From Octopus sinensis (taxonomy: Eukaryota), in the NCBI RefSeq assembly GCF_006345805.1, contig NC_043019.1:4587360-4651359 (forward strand): 64,000 bases of DNA, written 5' to 3'. Positions 1-12,652 of the stretch are shown piece by piece (within the stretch, counting starts at the first letter, position 1; every line of letters starts with the position of its first letter). The position numbers were made by a program, and so were the translations under genes. Below the pieces are notes generated by a model that ran no database searches, was not told the DNA's origin, and saw only the letters and a list, made by a program, of their open reading frames with translations.

Positions 1-2
1 TA

Positions 3-152
<150 letters not shown>

Positions 153-172
153 TAATTCTAATTTTATTGTAA

Positions 173-872
173 TCACTATATATATAAACGGCAAAATGTC
201 TGTCTGTGTGTATCCTTTATACAAATCCACAATTTTTCAGTCAGAGGGCTCGCACTTTTTATAGTCATTCAAAACCGTCCAAGGGTGGTCATGCACATCT
301 TTACATTTTCCTAGTCACCCCGCAAAGCCAGTAAGAAACTCAATAAACCAACCCTTTATCTTTCAGGTAACAAAAGTTTTTAAAACAAGGGACATAACTC
401 ACTTAATCCAGCTGTTTAATCTAAAGATATTAAACCATAGCAAGGGAAATAACTCTTTAAAACTCTGCATTTCCCTCCCTTTGTTATGTATCACACCTCA
501 ATACTGTACCAGACCAATTTATCCAATTTAGGACCGGAACTGTCCCGGATTTCTGGATTTTCCAGTTTCCCAGAGAATTTCTAAACGTTTGCTTAAAATC
601 TCTATATCTATAAATGGCAAAATCTCTGTTTTTTGATTGGACGGAGATAATTTTACACCTGACAGTTGGATGCACATGCGCATTTGCAGACAGTCTGTAT
701 GACTGCGCAGTTTTGTGTTTTGGCTTTCAAACGTGCATGCTTTTTTGATTTGAGAAATGCAGGGAATAATTAAAGAGTTAGATCAAGTGAATGACAAGAG
801 AGCGGGATTTTCACGAAAGACCAAATAGGCTTGACTAGCACTAGACCCGGCAACGCCGGCTCATAGTGCTAG
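173..872 (+). mobile_element. Non-autonomous Helitron-like element
   Basis: Starts A|TC(actatatatataaacggc) and ends with hairpin CCGGCAACGCCGG then CTAG|T, the Helitron 5'-TC / 3'-hairpin-CTAG / A-T target pattern. A related 5' part occurs at about 39955-40270. Confidence 0.65.
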
Positions 873-993
873 TGGTCATTTATGAGAGCGTTAAGATTAC
901 CACTGATCAATGATACCACATTGTATCTCTGACTAGGATATTTGGATGCCCACAGAATTATGCCACCATATGTATCTATGGCTATGATATCTG

Positions 994-1419
994 GCCACAG
1001 TCGAACCAATTCTACTATATGGCTCAGAAACGTGGATGTTATCAAAGAAGCTTGAGAGGCGGTTGGATGGAACCTACACTCGCCTCCTTATGAGAGCTCA
1101 AAATCTCTCGTGGAAGCGTCATCCAACCAAAGTACAAATATACGGGAAATTACCACCTGTATCATCTCTTGTAGGAGAGTCCAGTTTGCTGGACATTGTT
1201 GTAGAGTTGAAAACGAGGTAATTTCTACTCTTCTCCTCTGGAAGCCATCTGCTCACGATACCAGAGGGCGCACACTCTCCTACCCTGATGTAATCTCCAG
1301 GGATACAGGCATCCAGCAACAGGACCTCCGTAATGCTATGATGGACCGTGAAGCCTGGTGTAGCATGGTAAATTCCATTGTCTTGACCACGGTCGAACCA
1401 TGATGATGATGATGATGAT
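994..1419 (+). mobile_element. RTE-clade LINE 3' fragment
   Basis: Translates ATVEPILLYGSETW...RLLMRAQNLSWK and, after a frameshift, RRVQFAGHCCR...DREAW. It ends in a (TGA)n tail. Confidence 0.8.
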
Positions 1420-1550
1420 ATCTGGATGGCCACATAGCTACCGTATCTTGACAATCAGAAGTGTCGTCCCTAGTTCATATCATGTCACCAGTATTACTTT
1501 GCATCTATCTCTAACACATTAACTTCTCAAATGGTCCAATCCTATCTGGT

Positions 1551-1938
1551 TACTCTTTACTCTCTTTTACTTGTTTCAGTCATTTGACTGCGGCCATGCT
1601 GGAGCACCGCCTTTAGTCGAGCAAATCGACCCCAGGACTTATTCTTTGTAAGCCCAGTACTTATTCTATCGGTCTCTTTTGCCGAACCGCTAAGTAATGG
1701 TTGTCAAGCAATGCTAGGGGGACAAACACAGACACACATACATATACATATATATATATATGTATACATATATACGACAGGCTTCTTTCAGTTTCCGTCT
1801 ACCAAATCCACTCACAAGGCTTTGGTCGGCCCGAGGCTATAGCAGAAGACACTTGCCCAAGATGCCACGCAGTGGGACTGAACCCAGAACCATGTGGTTG
1901 GTAAGCAAGCTACTTACCACACAGCCACTCCTGCGCCT
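1551..1938 (-). mobile_element. tRNA-derived SINE family 1 (representative copy)
   Basis: Head GGCGCAGGAGTGGCTGTGTGGTAAG...GGTTCAGTCCC (A/B-box-like), CCTTGGGCAAGT core, internal (TA/TG)n, tail GGCGGTGCTCCAGCATGGCCGCAGTCAAATGACTGAAAC+(GTAAAAGA)n. More than 20 copies, e.g. about 5815-6215+, 8585-8990+, 9319-9710+, 10222-10628+, 17084-17480+, 23243-23645-, 23793-24205-, 33595-33970+, 35760-36175-, 38140-38520+, 40577-41490+, 43338-43740-, 54481-54862-, 56152-56435-, 57718-58076-, 59468-59860+, 61720-62050-. Confidence 0.85.
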
Positions 1939-2482
1939 TGTGTTCATATTGATATCATTACTGGTCATTCTTAACCCCAGGTCCTCAGTTATAAAGTAGA
2001 CCTGAACTCAAATCTCTTCCAGCTGTGGCATTCTCATTGGCATAATTGTTAGAATGTCTGACAAAAAAAAAAAATGTCTTGTGACGTCTTGTGCTCCGAG
2101 TTCAAATTGCACCCAGGTCAATGTTGCCTTTCATCTTCCTTGGGTTGAAAAGCTAAGAACCAACCTAGTCTAGCTGTGGTGGTAGAAATGTTAGAGTATC
2201 AGATATGATGCATTGCAATGTTTGTTCTGAGCTCAAATTCACCCGTGGCCTTCTTGGATGAAGGCCTTAATTCACCTTCTGGTTTAATACCCACTCCTGG
2301 TCCTTGAGTGTCTTTAGTGGAGTCCTTTTTTTTCTTTTTTTTTTTTCTTTTTTGCAAGCATTCAGAGCAAGTATTTGATTTGAGAATATCTTCCTACCTC
2401 TGTTCATTCTCAGAAATCCTACTGTCGTATCCTCCCCGAGTTCCTTAGTTTAAAAATAATTATCTAGGGCTTCATAAACGAA

Positions 2483-2975
2483 TCATCATCATCATCATCG
2501 TTTAACATCCGCTTTCCATGCTAGCATGGGTTGGACGATTTTGACTGAGGGTTGGCGAACCAGATGGCTGCACCAGGCTCCAATCTTGATCTGGCAGAGT
2601 TTCTACAGCTGGATGCCCTTCATAACGCCAACAACTCCGAGAGTGTAGTGGGTGCTTTTTACGTGCCACTGGACACAGGTGCCAGTCAGGCGGTACTGGC
2701 AATGACCTCGCTCGAATCTTTTTACACATGCCACCGGCACAGGTGCCAGTGAAGCGACGTTGGTAACGATCACACTCGAATGGTGCCCTTTTACGTGCGA
2801 CCGGTACGGAGCCAGTTGGCTGCTCTGGCAACGATCATGCTCGGATGGTGCTCTTGGTACCCTACTAGCACGGGCACAAGTGTCAGTAAGGCAACACTGG
2901 TAACAATCATGCTCGAATGGTGCCCTTTTACATGCTACCGGCACAGAGCCAGTTGGCTGCTCTGGCAACGATCAA
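2483..2975 (-). mobile_element. RTE LINE 3'-UTR-derived repeat (representative copy)
   Basis: Conserved GGCGTTAGGAAGGGCATCCAGCTGTAGAAAC motif, internal GGCACGTAAAAAGCACC subrepeats and a (GAT)n tail. Many copies, e.g. about 8030-8380, 24900-25170, 27125-27365, 35090-35337, 36551-36850, 43060-43262, 45010-45248, 51940-52255, 53600-54043, 56697-57120, 57215-57475, 63320-63520, 63700-64000. Confidence 0.8.
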
Positions 2976-3076
2976 GAATAAGGTTTTGATGTGTAAATGT
3001 TTTTTATATTTTTTCCTTCTAATTGATTCAAATTCAAACTTTTAATTTTCTAAATTATTATTATTATTTTTAATAG

Positions 3077-3282
3077 AATATCCTGGGAGAACAGTATTGT
3101 TAAATATCGAGAAAGGATATCGAATGCCAAAACCAACGGAGCCTGTGGGCTGTCCTGATGCTTACTATGAAGTCATGTTACAGTGCTGGAACAAGAAGCC
3201 AGAAATGCGACCAACTTTTGAATATCTTTTCTCTTATTTCAATGACTTCTTGGTCGCTTCAGAGCATAGCTATTTAGAGTGA
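3077..3282 (+). CDS. Terminal coding exon of a Src-family non-receptor tyrosine kinase (Src64B/Fyn-like)
   Basis: TAATAG acceptor then phase-1 exon xYPGRTVLLNIEKGYRMPKP...CPDAYYEVMLQCWNKKPEMRPTFEYLFSYFNDFLVASEHSYLE*. This is the kinase C-lobe (GYRMP, CW..P..RPTF) plus a tail tyrosine equivalent to the Src inhibitory site. Upstream exons lie outside the window. Confidence 0.9.
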
Positions 3283-3599
3283 AAATTGTAAAAAAAAAAA
3301 AAAAAAGAAGGTAAACCACAACAAAAAGCCACCCGAAAATAAAATGTAAAAAGACAGAAAAGCACTACTGCAGCAACAACAACAACAATGAAAAACAAAT
3401 GGTAACAGGGAGCTAGAAAGCTCATTCGATGTCACAACTGAAAAAAAGTTGAACTGACTACTTACAGACATGGTCATTAATACAATTTGATATGAGTGAG
3501 TGTTGGGGTGTGTTTGTGTGTATGTGTGTGTATGTGTATTTGTAGATATGTGTGTGTGTGTGTACATATATATATGTGACCGCGTGTGTATCCATGGCG

Positions 3600-3779
3600 A
3601 TTTTTTTTCTTCCGTCTTCCTTTCCTCGGACCTTTCACTTTTTCTATGTTCCTGACGAAGAGCTCCGCTCGAAACGTTAAATCCTCCTTCTTTCCTTCTT
3701 TCCAGAGCGTCCAATAACACTATACTTGTTCCACACCCTCGTGTTGTTGTGTTTTCTCTTTGTTTCATGTTTGGGATTA

Positions 3780-3785
<6 letters not shown>
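3600..3785 (+). mobile_element. Penelope-like terminal-repeat fragment with minimal hammerhead-like motif
   Basis: CTGACGA-A-GAGC-TCC-GCTC-GAAACGTT at 3652-3678, followed by pyrimidine-rich sequence and (TA)n. The Penelope assignment is inferred from the motif type. Confidence 0.5.
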
Positions 3786-3827
<42 letters not shown>

Positions 3828-4181
3828 GTATGTATATAGATCTACACATTCAGATATGCACATACATTGTGAGAAGTATACAAGTACACACACATATATT
3901 TATGCATATAGTTAGAATACCAAACCTACCAACCAACCAGCCAACCAACCAACCAACCAATCAATCAAAACACTAACATTTTATACTTTCTCTTTCATGA
4001 CTTTAATCACTCGTTTGGAACCAGATTATTTATATTCAGAATCTTCTTTCCTTTATCAACCCACTTACCATCATCAATCACTGTTTGCCCTCGCTGGTAA
4101 AATTTTACAATGCAGCAGCCTTCCTCCACACATCTTGGTCTCTTTACACCTTGCATCACAATTGTTGTTTATTAATACATA

Positions 4182-4705
4182 CAGATCGTTGTTGATTTAC
4201 AGCTAATCGACCTTACGACGATTGGCACACCAGCTCCCAGCATCAATAATAAATAGTTCAATTGAAATCTAATGGGTTTAATTTCTTAGAAATTAATCCG
4301 TCTACAGATGATGTCAGCTACCAAACACTTCCCCATAGTTCAATTGAAATCTAATGGGTTTAATTTCTTAGAAATTAACCCATCTACAGATGATGTCAGC
4401 TACCAAACGTGTCCCCTAGGTTTGGTTATCAATCGCCACTGCTTTGGATGACTGCACCATTGCGGAGACATCAAGGCAACCTCGTATTTGTTTATAAGAT
4501 GATTGCTTGAGACTCTGAGATTTTTGACTAACGCCAGTATAATAGTATAATACAGAATGCTGTGTGTGACTTTTACCTGAGAATGTACCTTAAGAATGTA
4601 AAAATATAAAAGAAAGTTATGTAGGCCTATAGGCCAACTTATGATCAAATTGACTTACAACCGGTCAGTCGAAACCAATTGCAGTCGTAAGTCGACGATG
4701 ACCTG
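4182..4705. mobile_element. Tc1/mariner-pogo (Tigger-like) MITE
   Basis: TA-flanked imperfect TIRs CAGATCGTTGTTGATTTACAGCT versus CAGGTCATCGTCGACTTACGACT (differences mostly CpG decay). Contains an internal 82-bp tandem duplication (about 4256-4418). Confidence 0.65.
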
Positions 4706-6788
4706 TATTCGTTAATTCTCCAAGCTGTGTTGCTGTGTGTTTAATCCTTTAGCATCCACATTAATTTGGTAAATATAATCTATTATATAAAATCTGTTCT
4801 GTCTGTCTGTGTGCGTCTTCTAGGATCTTGGGTATCCTCCATCCGATTGCGCTCAAATTTGATATGTAGATACCGACGGTATCAGGGCGTGTATAAGTCT
4901 TGAAAAAATTACAAAAATCGATTGCAGGTGAGAATGTGATCGATAAAGCTGTGGGAACGTGCATTTGTGAAATCGTTTTTCTTGGAATAGAAAAAAGTCT
5001 ATTTTTATTTCTTCTTTTGCTGGTGTCTCAAATTTAGGTTAAATCAGTGTTTCTCAAAGGGGAGACTTCTGGTACGGTCAGACAAGTTGTTTTGAGAAAA
5101 TTTGGTTTAAATGTTTGACAACTCACCGCGATCCTACGACCACGAGTCCGCTGCCCTAATCACTGGGCCATATATATATATTGAGGGCTATATATATTTA
5201 TCAACCCCAGGATGTAAGGTATGAATTCCTATGGAAGTGATGCTGAGAAAATAACACACACACACACTCACACACTTGTATAAACCATCTTTGATTTAAC
5301 TAATGTGTGTCTGTGTGTGTATCCTTGCGTCCTGTCTAAATGGCATTGTTAATTCTATTCAAAGCAATAAACTAGCAACGAGATGTTAAAATGCCCCTGA
5401 AAGTATGACGGACAGTGGTAGTAATGATGACAATAGCAATAATGATGACTGTGATGGTGATCAGGATAAAGATGATGAGAATGATGTTGCTATTTACGAT
5501 GGTTATGATGATGATTGTGGTGATAACAGCTGATAATAGTATCCGTGTATAATGAATAATAAAGATATGTGCTATGAAGTTGAGTGATGTGTTTAGTGTA
5601 ACTATTTGATAAATGGGAAGGTGTGGCATATATAGAATGGCAGCTTTTAACGATGAATTGTGTTGTGTGTATCCGGGATGCACACACACACACACACACA
5701 AAGACATATGAAAGAAAATGAAATTCGCTCTGTGGTTGACATCAGATAGCCGAATGCTGTGAAGGGGCTTTAAACAGCATACTGCAAGGGGTATACCTGA
5801 ATGTAATATTATTAGTATGGTGTGGCTGTGTGGCAAGAAGTTTACTTCCCAACCACATGGACCCAGGTTCAGTCCCACTGCATGGCACCTTGGGCAAGTG
5901 TCTTCTGCTATCGCCTCAGGCCGACCAAAGCCTTGTGAACGGATTTGTTTGATGGAAACTGAAAGAAATCCATTGTGTGTGTATGTGTGTGTTTATCTTT
6001 GTGCTTGTGTTTGTGTTTGTCCCACCCCTTGATAACTGGTGTTCATGTGTTTACGTCCCCGTAACTTAGCAGTTCAGCAAAAGAGACTGACAGAATAAGT
6101 ACTGGGCTTAAAAAGAAAATAAATATTGGGGTCGATTAATTCAACTAAAATTCCTGAAGGTGGTGCCCCAGCATGGCCGCAGTCTAATGACTGAAACAAG
6201 CGGTAAAAGGTAAAAGATACGTGTGTGTATGTAATGTTACTATGTAGTGTGTGTATGTGTGTGTGTGTGTGATAATATGAAGCTTGTGTGTGTCTGTATA
6301 ATGTTAAAAATGAGACGATTCTGTACAACGTCAGTATTTGGTTCCTCGTTTCTTCGACATTGCATTCAGTTACCAGATAGGGTCGTCCACAATGTAAGAG
6401 ATGTGTTCTCCCCCCCCCCCGGCTGATTCACTTTACTGTCAGTTGTCATATGAGGTAGCAACATTAGTTTCATTAAATCTTATATTAATTACATCCAGTA
6501 ATATAAGGTTTAATTAACAATGGAAAGTATACGTCTTGTGTCTTTTACCAAGCTCTAACCAAATTAAAACTCTTAATTTATTTATGTGAACGTCCACAAT
6601 AAAATAAATACCTTCTGAAGAACACAAATGTCGTGGTAAACAGTAGAAATAATTATAGACAAAATTGCCACTACTATAGCCTAGGGCCAACCAAAGCCTT
6701 GTGAGTGGATTTGGTTGACGGAAACTGAAAGAAGCCTGTCGTATATTTGTATATATATATATATATTATATATATATATATATATATA

Positions 6789-7056
6789 AGGGTAAAGACC
6801 CCCTTCGGTCATGAATGACCATGGGATTGCACCTAGAAAGTTATCCTCCTAGACACAAGTCCGGGCAAGGTTGTTTTATGGAAGGCCAGCAGTCGCCCAT
6901 GCATACCAGCCTCCCCTCTCCACGCCACCAGTGTTATCCAAGGGAAAGACAAAGGTCGATACAGCTTGGCACCAGTGACGTCGCAACTCATTTCTACAGC
7001 TGAGTGAACTGGAGCAACGTGAAATAAAGTGCCTTGCTCGAGAACACAACACGCAG
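6789..7056 (-). mobile_element. SINE-like body (family 4) nested among SINE1 pieces
   Basis: The reverse complement contains TGTGTTCTCGAGCAAGGCACTTTATTTCACGTTGCTCCAGTTCACTCAGCTGTAGAAATGAG, a SINE-core-like block. No head was seen. Confidence 0.45.
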
Positions 7057-7464
7057 CCATATATATATATATATGTATGTATGTGTATATGTTTATGTGT
7101 CTGTGTTTGTACCCCCAACATCGCTTGACAACCGATGCTGGTGTGTTGCTAACCAACCACATGGTTCTGGGTTCAGTCCCACTGCGTGGCATCTTGGGCA
7201 AGTGTCTTCTGCTCTAGCCCTGGGCTGACCAATGCCGTGTGAGTGGATTTGGTAGACGGAAACTGAAAGAAGCCTGTTGTATATATATATATGTGTGTAT
7301 ATGTGTTTGTCCCCCTAGCATTGCTTGACAACCAATGCTGGTGTATTTATGTCCCCGTCACTTAGCGGTTTGGCAAAAGAGACCGATAGAATAATTCCCA
7401 GGGTCGAGTTGCTCGATTAAAGGCGGTGCACCAGCATGGCCGCAGTCAAAATGACTGAAACAAG

Positions 7465-7497
<33 letters not shown>

Positions 7498-7956
7498 CTA
7501 CATACATACACCCATATGTGTCTGTTTAAATGGTTGGATACCTTTACTGGCTGGAAACTGGTTTGTGTGAACTGATTACATTGTGAACATGGATAACATA
7601 TCACCCATTCTTGCCATATCCAATATTGGTGCTCATCTCAATTCAGGTGTTCCTTGCTGTGTCCTACACACAAATGTCGTTATTGATATGTATTTTTTAG
7701 ATCTACGTTTCAAGTTACAAAAATAAACATATTTTCATTGCTATATTTTTTTAATGTCTCCATATATTTTTATGTGTTCAAAACTTTTGATTCAGTCCAT
7801 CATGACTTAAAAAATTTTGTTGCTTTTAATCATGTGTCGAAGTATTGAAGTAAGCACAAACAAATGAAAACTCTTTCAGTGAAATCTTCAATTTCAAGTT
7901 ATTGAATAAATAAAGTCTTGTACACGTACCGAGTATGTTTTGTTTCCTCCTGTATA

Positions 7957-9758
7957 CAATGATTCCTCGTTTATCGCAGGAAATTGGTTCCGAGGCCGGC
8001 TGCGATAACTGAATTTCCGCGAAGTAGGGACGCCATCATCATCATCATCATCATCATCGTTTAGCGTCCGCTTTCCATGCTAGCATGGGCTGGACGGTTC
8101 AACCGGGGTCTAGGAAGCCCGAAGGCTGCACCAGGCCAGTCAGATCTGGCGGTGTTTCTACAGCTGGATGCCCTTCCTAACGCCAACTGCTCCGTGAGTG
8201 TAGTGGGTGCTTTTTATGTGCCACTGACACAGGTGCCAGACGAGGCTGGCGAACGGCCACACTCGGATGGTGCTTTTTACGTGCCACTGACACAGGTGCC
8301 AGACGAGGCTGGCAAACGGCCACGATCGGGTGGTGCTTTTTACGTGCCACTGGCAGGGCCACGATCGGATGGTGTTTACAGTATTTATTTATTGTGTATT
8401 TGGACTTTTAAAACCCTCCCTGTACTGTGAACAACGCACCCATTACAGTAGTCTATTAATAAGGACAACTGTTAAGCAATAACATTTTGGATTTTAAAAA
8501 ATAACAATTGTTACTGGCTCGAAATAGTTTAATGAACAGGGGAAATCATATCATGTGGTACTATAGTTAAATATCTTAAACAATAGGTGCAGGAGTGGCT
8601 GTATGGTAAGTAGCTTGCTAACCAACCACATGGTTCCGGGTTCAGTCCCACTGCATGGCATCTTGGGCAAGTGTCTTCCGCTATAGCCCTGGGCCGACCA
8701 ATGCCTTGTGAGTGGATTTGGTAGACGGAAACTGAAAGAAGTCTGTCGTATATATGTATATGTATGTATGTGTTTGTGTGTCTGTGTTTGTACCTCTAGC
8801 ATTGCTTGACAACCGATGCTGGTGTGTTTACGTCCCCATCACTTAGCGGTTCGGCAAAAAGCGACCGATAGAATAAGTACTGGGCTTACAAAGAATAAGT
8901 CCCGGGGTCGATTTGCTCGACTAAAGGCGGTGCTCCAGCATGGCCGCAGTCAAATGACTGAAACAAGTAAAAGATAAAAGATAAAAGATAATGTTGCCAT
9001 ATTGTATAAAGTTAAAATTTCGGGTTATTCAGAAGATTATTAAAAAGAATTATAACAAAAGGATAAAAAGTTTTTTGAATACTTTTGAGTATATACCAAA
9101 CATTTACCGCAATAAATAGAGGACAAGGAATTATCTCAAAATAGTTTAATATTTATACACATTATATACTTAAATACTAATTTATCAGATGGTATCTATG
9201 AAGATAGATCAATTGGTATATGCTGGTATTTGATAAAGGTGTACTGAGGTAAAAAAAAAACATGCTAACTATATATTAATTAAATCATAATCTAAGCAGT
9301 TTATTTTAAGTAGTAAAATAGGCGCAGGAGTGGCTGTGTGGTAAGTAGCTTGCTTACCAACCACATGGTTCTGGGTTCAGTCCCACTGCGTGGCATCTTG
9401 GGCAAGTGTCTTCTGCTATAGCCTTGGGCCAACCAAAGCCTTGTGAGTGGATTTGGTAGACAGAAACTGAAAGAAGCCCGTCGTAGATATGTATGTGTGT
9501 ATATGTTTGTGTGTCTGTGTTTGTCCTCCTAGCATTGCTTGACAACCGATGCTGGTGTGTTTATGTCCCCGTTACTTAGCGGTTCGGCAAAAGAGACCGA
9601 TAGAATAAGTACTGGGCTTACAAAGAATAAGTCCTGGGGTCGATTTGCTCGACTAAAGGCGGTGCTCCAGCATGGCCGCAGTCAAATGACTGCAACAAGT
9701 AAAAGAGTAAAGTCGGGAATCCGCAATAGTTGAACCGCGAAGTAGTGAGGGATCACTG
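7957..9758. mobile_element. Old pogo/Tigger-like element containing nested RTE and SINE1 insertions
   Basis: TA|CAATGATTCCTCG... left end and ...GAGGGATCACTG|TA right end, with a shared CCGCGAAGTAG subterminal motif. Interior interrupted by three younger elements. Confidence 0.5.
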
Positions 9759-9971
9759 TACACATGAATGATGAAACGTTTGGCAATTTGCTATGCTTGT
9801 GAATACACATCAATCTTGTAGTCGTAACCAGTGCTGGTGACTTGTGAAAGGAACTTGTGTTGGTGACTTGTAAAAAGTACTCATGCTGGGGACATGTAAA
9901 AGACATCCGGTACACTTGAGAGAGGATTCTCGCCACAACACACCCTAACCACTATGCTATGCTCCTCTAAT

Positions 9972-10014
<43 letters not shown>

Positions 10015-10655
10015 ACCACCACCACCACAACCACCACCCTTCTTCTTTAATGTCCATTTTCCACGCTGGCATGGGCTGGACCAGAGCTGGCAAGCAGAAG
10101 AGCTGTACCAATGTATGTCACGATGACAAATTGAGATTAAAATGGTTGAAATTTAATGTAGATAAAATCAAAATTGTGCTATTTCTTAAGAAAAAGTAAT
10201 AATCTGAAAAATTTGAACATTTAGGCATAGGAGTGGCTGTGTGGTAAGTAGCTTGCTTACCAACCACATGGTTCCGGGTTCAGTCCCACTGCGTGGCACC
10301 TTGGGAAAGTGTCTTCTACTATAGCCTCGGGCCGACTATAGCCTTGTGAGTGGATTTGGTAGACGGAAACTGAAAGAAGCCTGTCATATATATGTATACA
10401 TATATATATACGTATGTGTGTGTGTCTGTGTGTGTTTGTCCCCCCCAACATCGCTTGACAACCGACGCTGGTGTGTTTACGTCCCTGTAACTTAGCAGTT
10501 CGGCAAAAGAGACCGATAGAATAAGTACTAGGCTTACAAAGAATAAGTCCTGGAGTCGATTTGGTCGACTAAAGGTGGTGCTCCAGCATGGCCACAGTCA
10601 AATGACTGAAAAAAGTAAAAGAGTAAGAGTATATTAATGTGATTTATATCTAGTA

Positions 10656-11041
10656 TCTCTCTATATATAAACGGCAGTTTGTCTGTGCGTGTTTCTGTGT
10701 GTCTGTTTGCTTGTACCCTCACCCTGACCACGGCTTTCAACCGATTCTGATGAAACTTGACACACACGTTGCCCAATGTCATAATTCAAAACTAACGCAG
10801 CGAAAATTTTGAAAAGTTCCCCCAGTTCTGAAAAAAATCGATAAATTCGACATGGGGTCGAGAATCAGGAACACAAACCACAAACTGTGTAGGGGACGCA
10901 ACTCCACCTTTTTTAACTATCAAAAAAAAATTTACCATCATTTTTTTCCATTTTTTTGCTGTTTTTTTGGCTATAACTCTCTAAAAATGCTTTATAGTTA
11001 TTTCCCTTACAAACCTGAGCAACGCCGGGCGATACTGCTAG
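10656..11041 (+). mobile_element. Non-autonomous Helitron-like element
   Basis: A|TCTCTCTATATATAAAC start, GTCT/GTGT microsatellite, 3' end CCTGAGCAACGCCGGGCGATACTGCTAG|T. Confidence 0.7.
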
Positions 11042-11289
11042 TACATGCTAAAGCTGTGTTCAGAAACTTATATTTGCAACAGCCCAGTTTTGATCTATTT
11101 TTACTTCACGTATTCCGTCGTTTCCATCGCTGGCAATGTCTTTCTAAGCCAAAATGAAATAAATTGTCAAAGAAAAGAGAATATAAAACCTACCAACTGT
11201 TCAACATCCCACAAAATACATTACACTTGAAAAGTTTGAAGAAAAGGTTTAAGGACTACAGAGATCAGAGAAATGGCTTAGGGTTCACA

Positions 11290-12652
11290 TCGGCGAAATT
11301 TGAACTCAGAATGTAGCGGCAGACAAAATACCTATTTCTTTACTACCCACAAGGGGCCAAACACAGAGAGGACAAACAAGGACAGACAAACGGATTAAGT
11401 CGATTATATCGACCCCAGTGTGTAACTGGTACTTAATTTATCAACCCCGAAAGGATGAAAGGCAAAGTCGACCTCGGCAGAATTTGAACTCAGAACATAG
11501 CGGTAGACGAAATACCTATTTCTTTACACAAGGGGCCAAACACAGAGAGGACAAACAAGGACAGACAAATGGATAAAGTCGATTATATCGACTCCTGTGG
11601 ATAACTGGTACTTATTTAATTGACCCCGAAAGAACGAAAGGCAAAGTTGACCTCTGCAGAATTTGAACTCAGAATGTAACGGCAGACGAAATACCTATTT
11701 CTTTACTGCACACAAGGGGCTAAACACAGAGAGGACAAACAAGGACAGACAAACGGATTAAGTCGATTATATCGACCCCAGTGCGTAACTGGTACTTAAT
11801 TTATCGGCATCGAAAGGATGAAAGGCAAAGTCGACCTCGGCGGAATTTGAACTCAAAACATAGCGGTAGACGAAATACCTATTTCTTTACACAAGGTGCC
11901 AAACACAGAGAGGACAAACAAGGACAGACAAATGGATAAAGTCGATTATATCGACTCCTGTGGATAACTGGTACTTATTTAATTGACCTCGAAAGAACGA
12001 AAGGCAAAGTTGACCTCTGCAGAATTTGAACTCAGAATGTAACGGCAGACGAAATACCTATTTCTTTACTGCACACAAGGGGCTAAACACAGAGAGGACA
12101 AACAAGGACAGACAAACGGATTAAGTCGATTATATCGACCCCAGTGCGTAACTGGTACTTAATTTATCGGCATCGAAAGGATGAAAGGCAAAGTCGACCT
12201 CGGCGGAATTTGAACTCAAAACATAGCGGTAGACGAAATACCTATTCTTTACACAAGGTGCCAAACACAGAGAGGACAAACAAGGACAGACAAATGGATA
12301 AGTCGATTATATCGACTCCTGTGGATAACTGGTACTTATTTAATTGACCTCGAAAGAACGAAAGGCAAAGTTGACCTCTGCAGAATTTGAACTCAGAATG
12401 TAACGGCAGACGAAATACCTATTTCTTTACTGCACACAAGGGGCTAAACACAGAGAGGACAAACAAGGACAGACAAACGGATTAAGTCGATTATATCGAC
12501 CCCAGTGCGTAACTGGTACTTAATTTATCGGCATCGAAAGGATGAAAGGCAAAGTCGACCTCGGCGGAATTTGAACTCAAAACATAATGGCAGACGAAAT
12601 ACCGCTAAGCTTTTCGCCCGGCGTGCTAACGTTTCTGCCAGCTCGCCGCCTT
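11290..12652 (-). repeat. Tandem array of tRNA-derived SINE family 2 bodies (about 180-bp units, 7 full plus 1 partial, one head)
   Basis: Units alternate between two variants, giving a higher-order dimer of about 360 bp. A single head (GGCGGCGAGCTGGCAGAAACGTTAGCACG) sits at about 12600-12652. Other family-2 copies: about 21417-21632-, 25487-25715+, 31260-31665-, 58510-58890+, 61415-61628+. Confidence 0.85.

Noticed and set aside
9970-10040. Poly-Arg/His ORFs over (CGT)n(CGC)n(CAC)n
   Set aside because: A compound trinucleotide microsatellite next to an RTE tail, with no splice or homology support.
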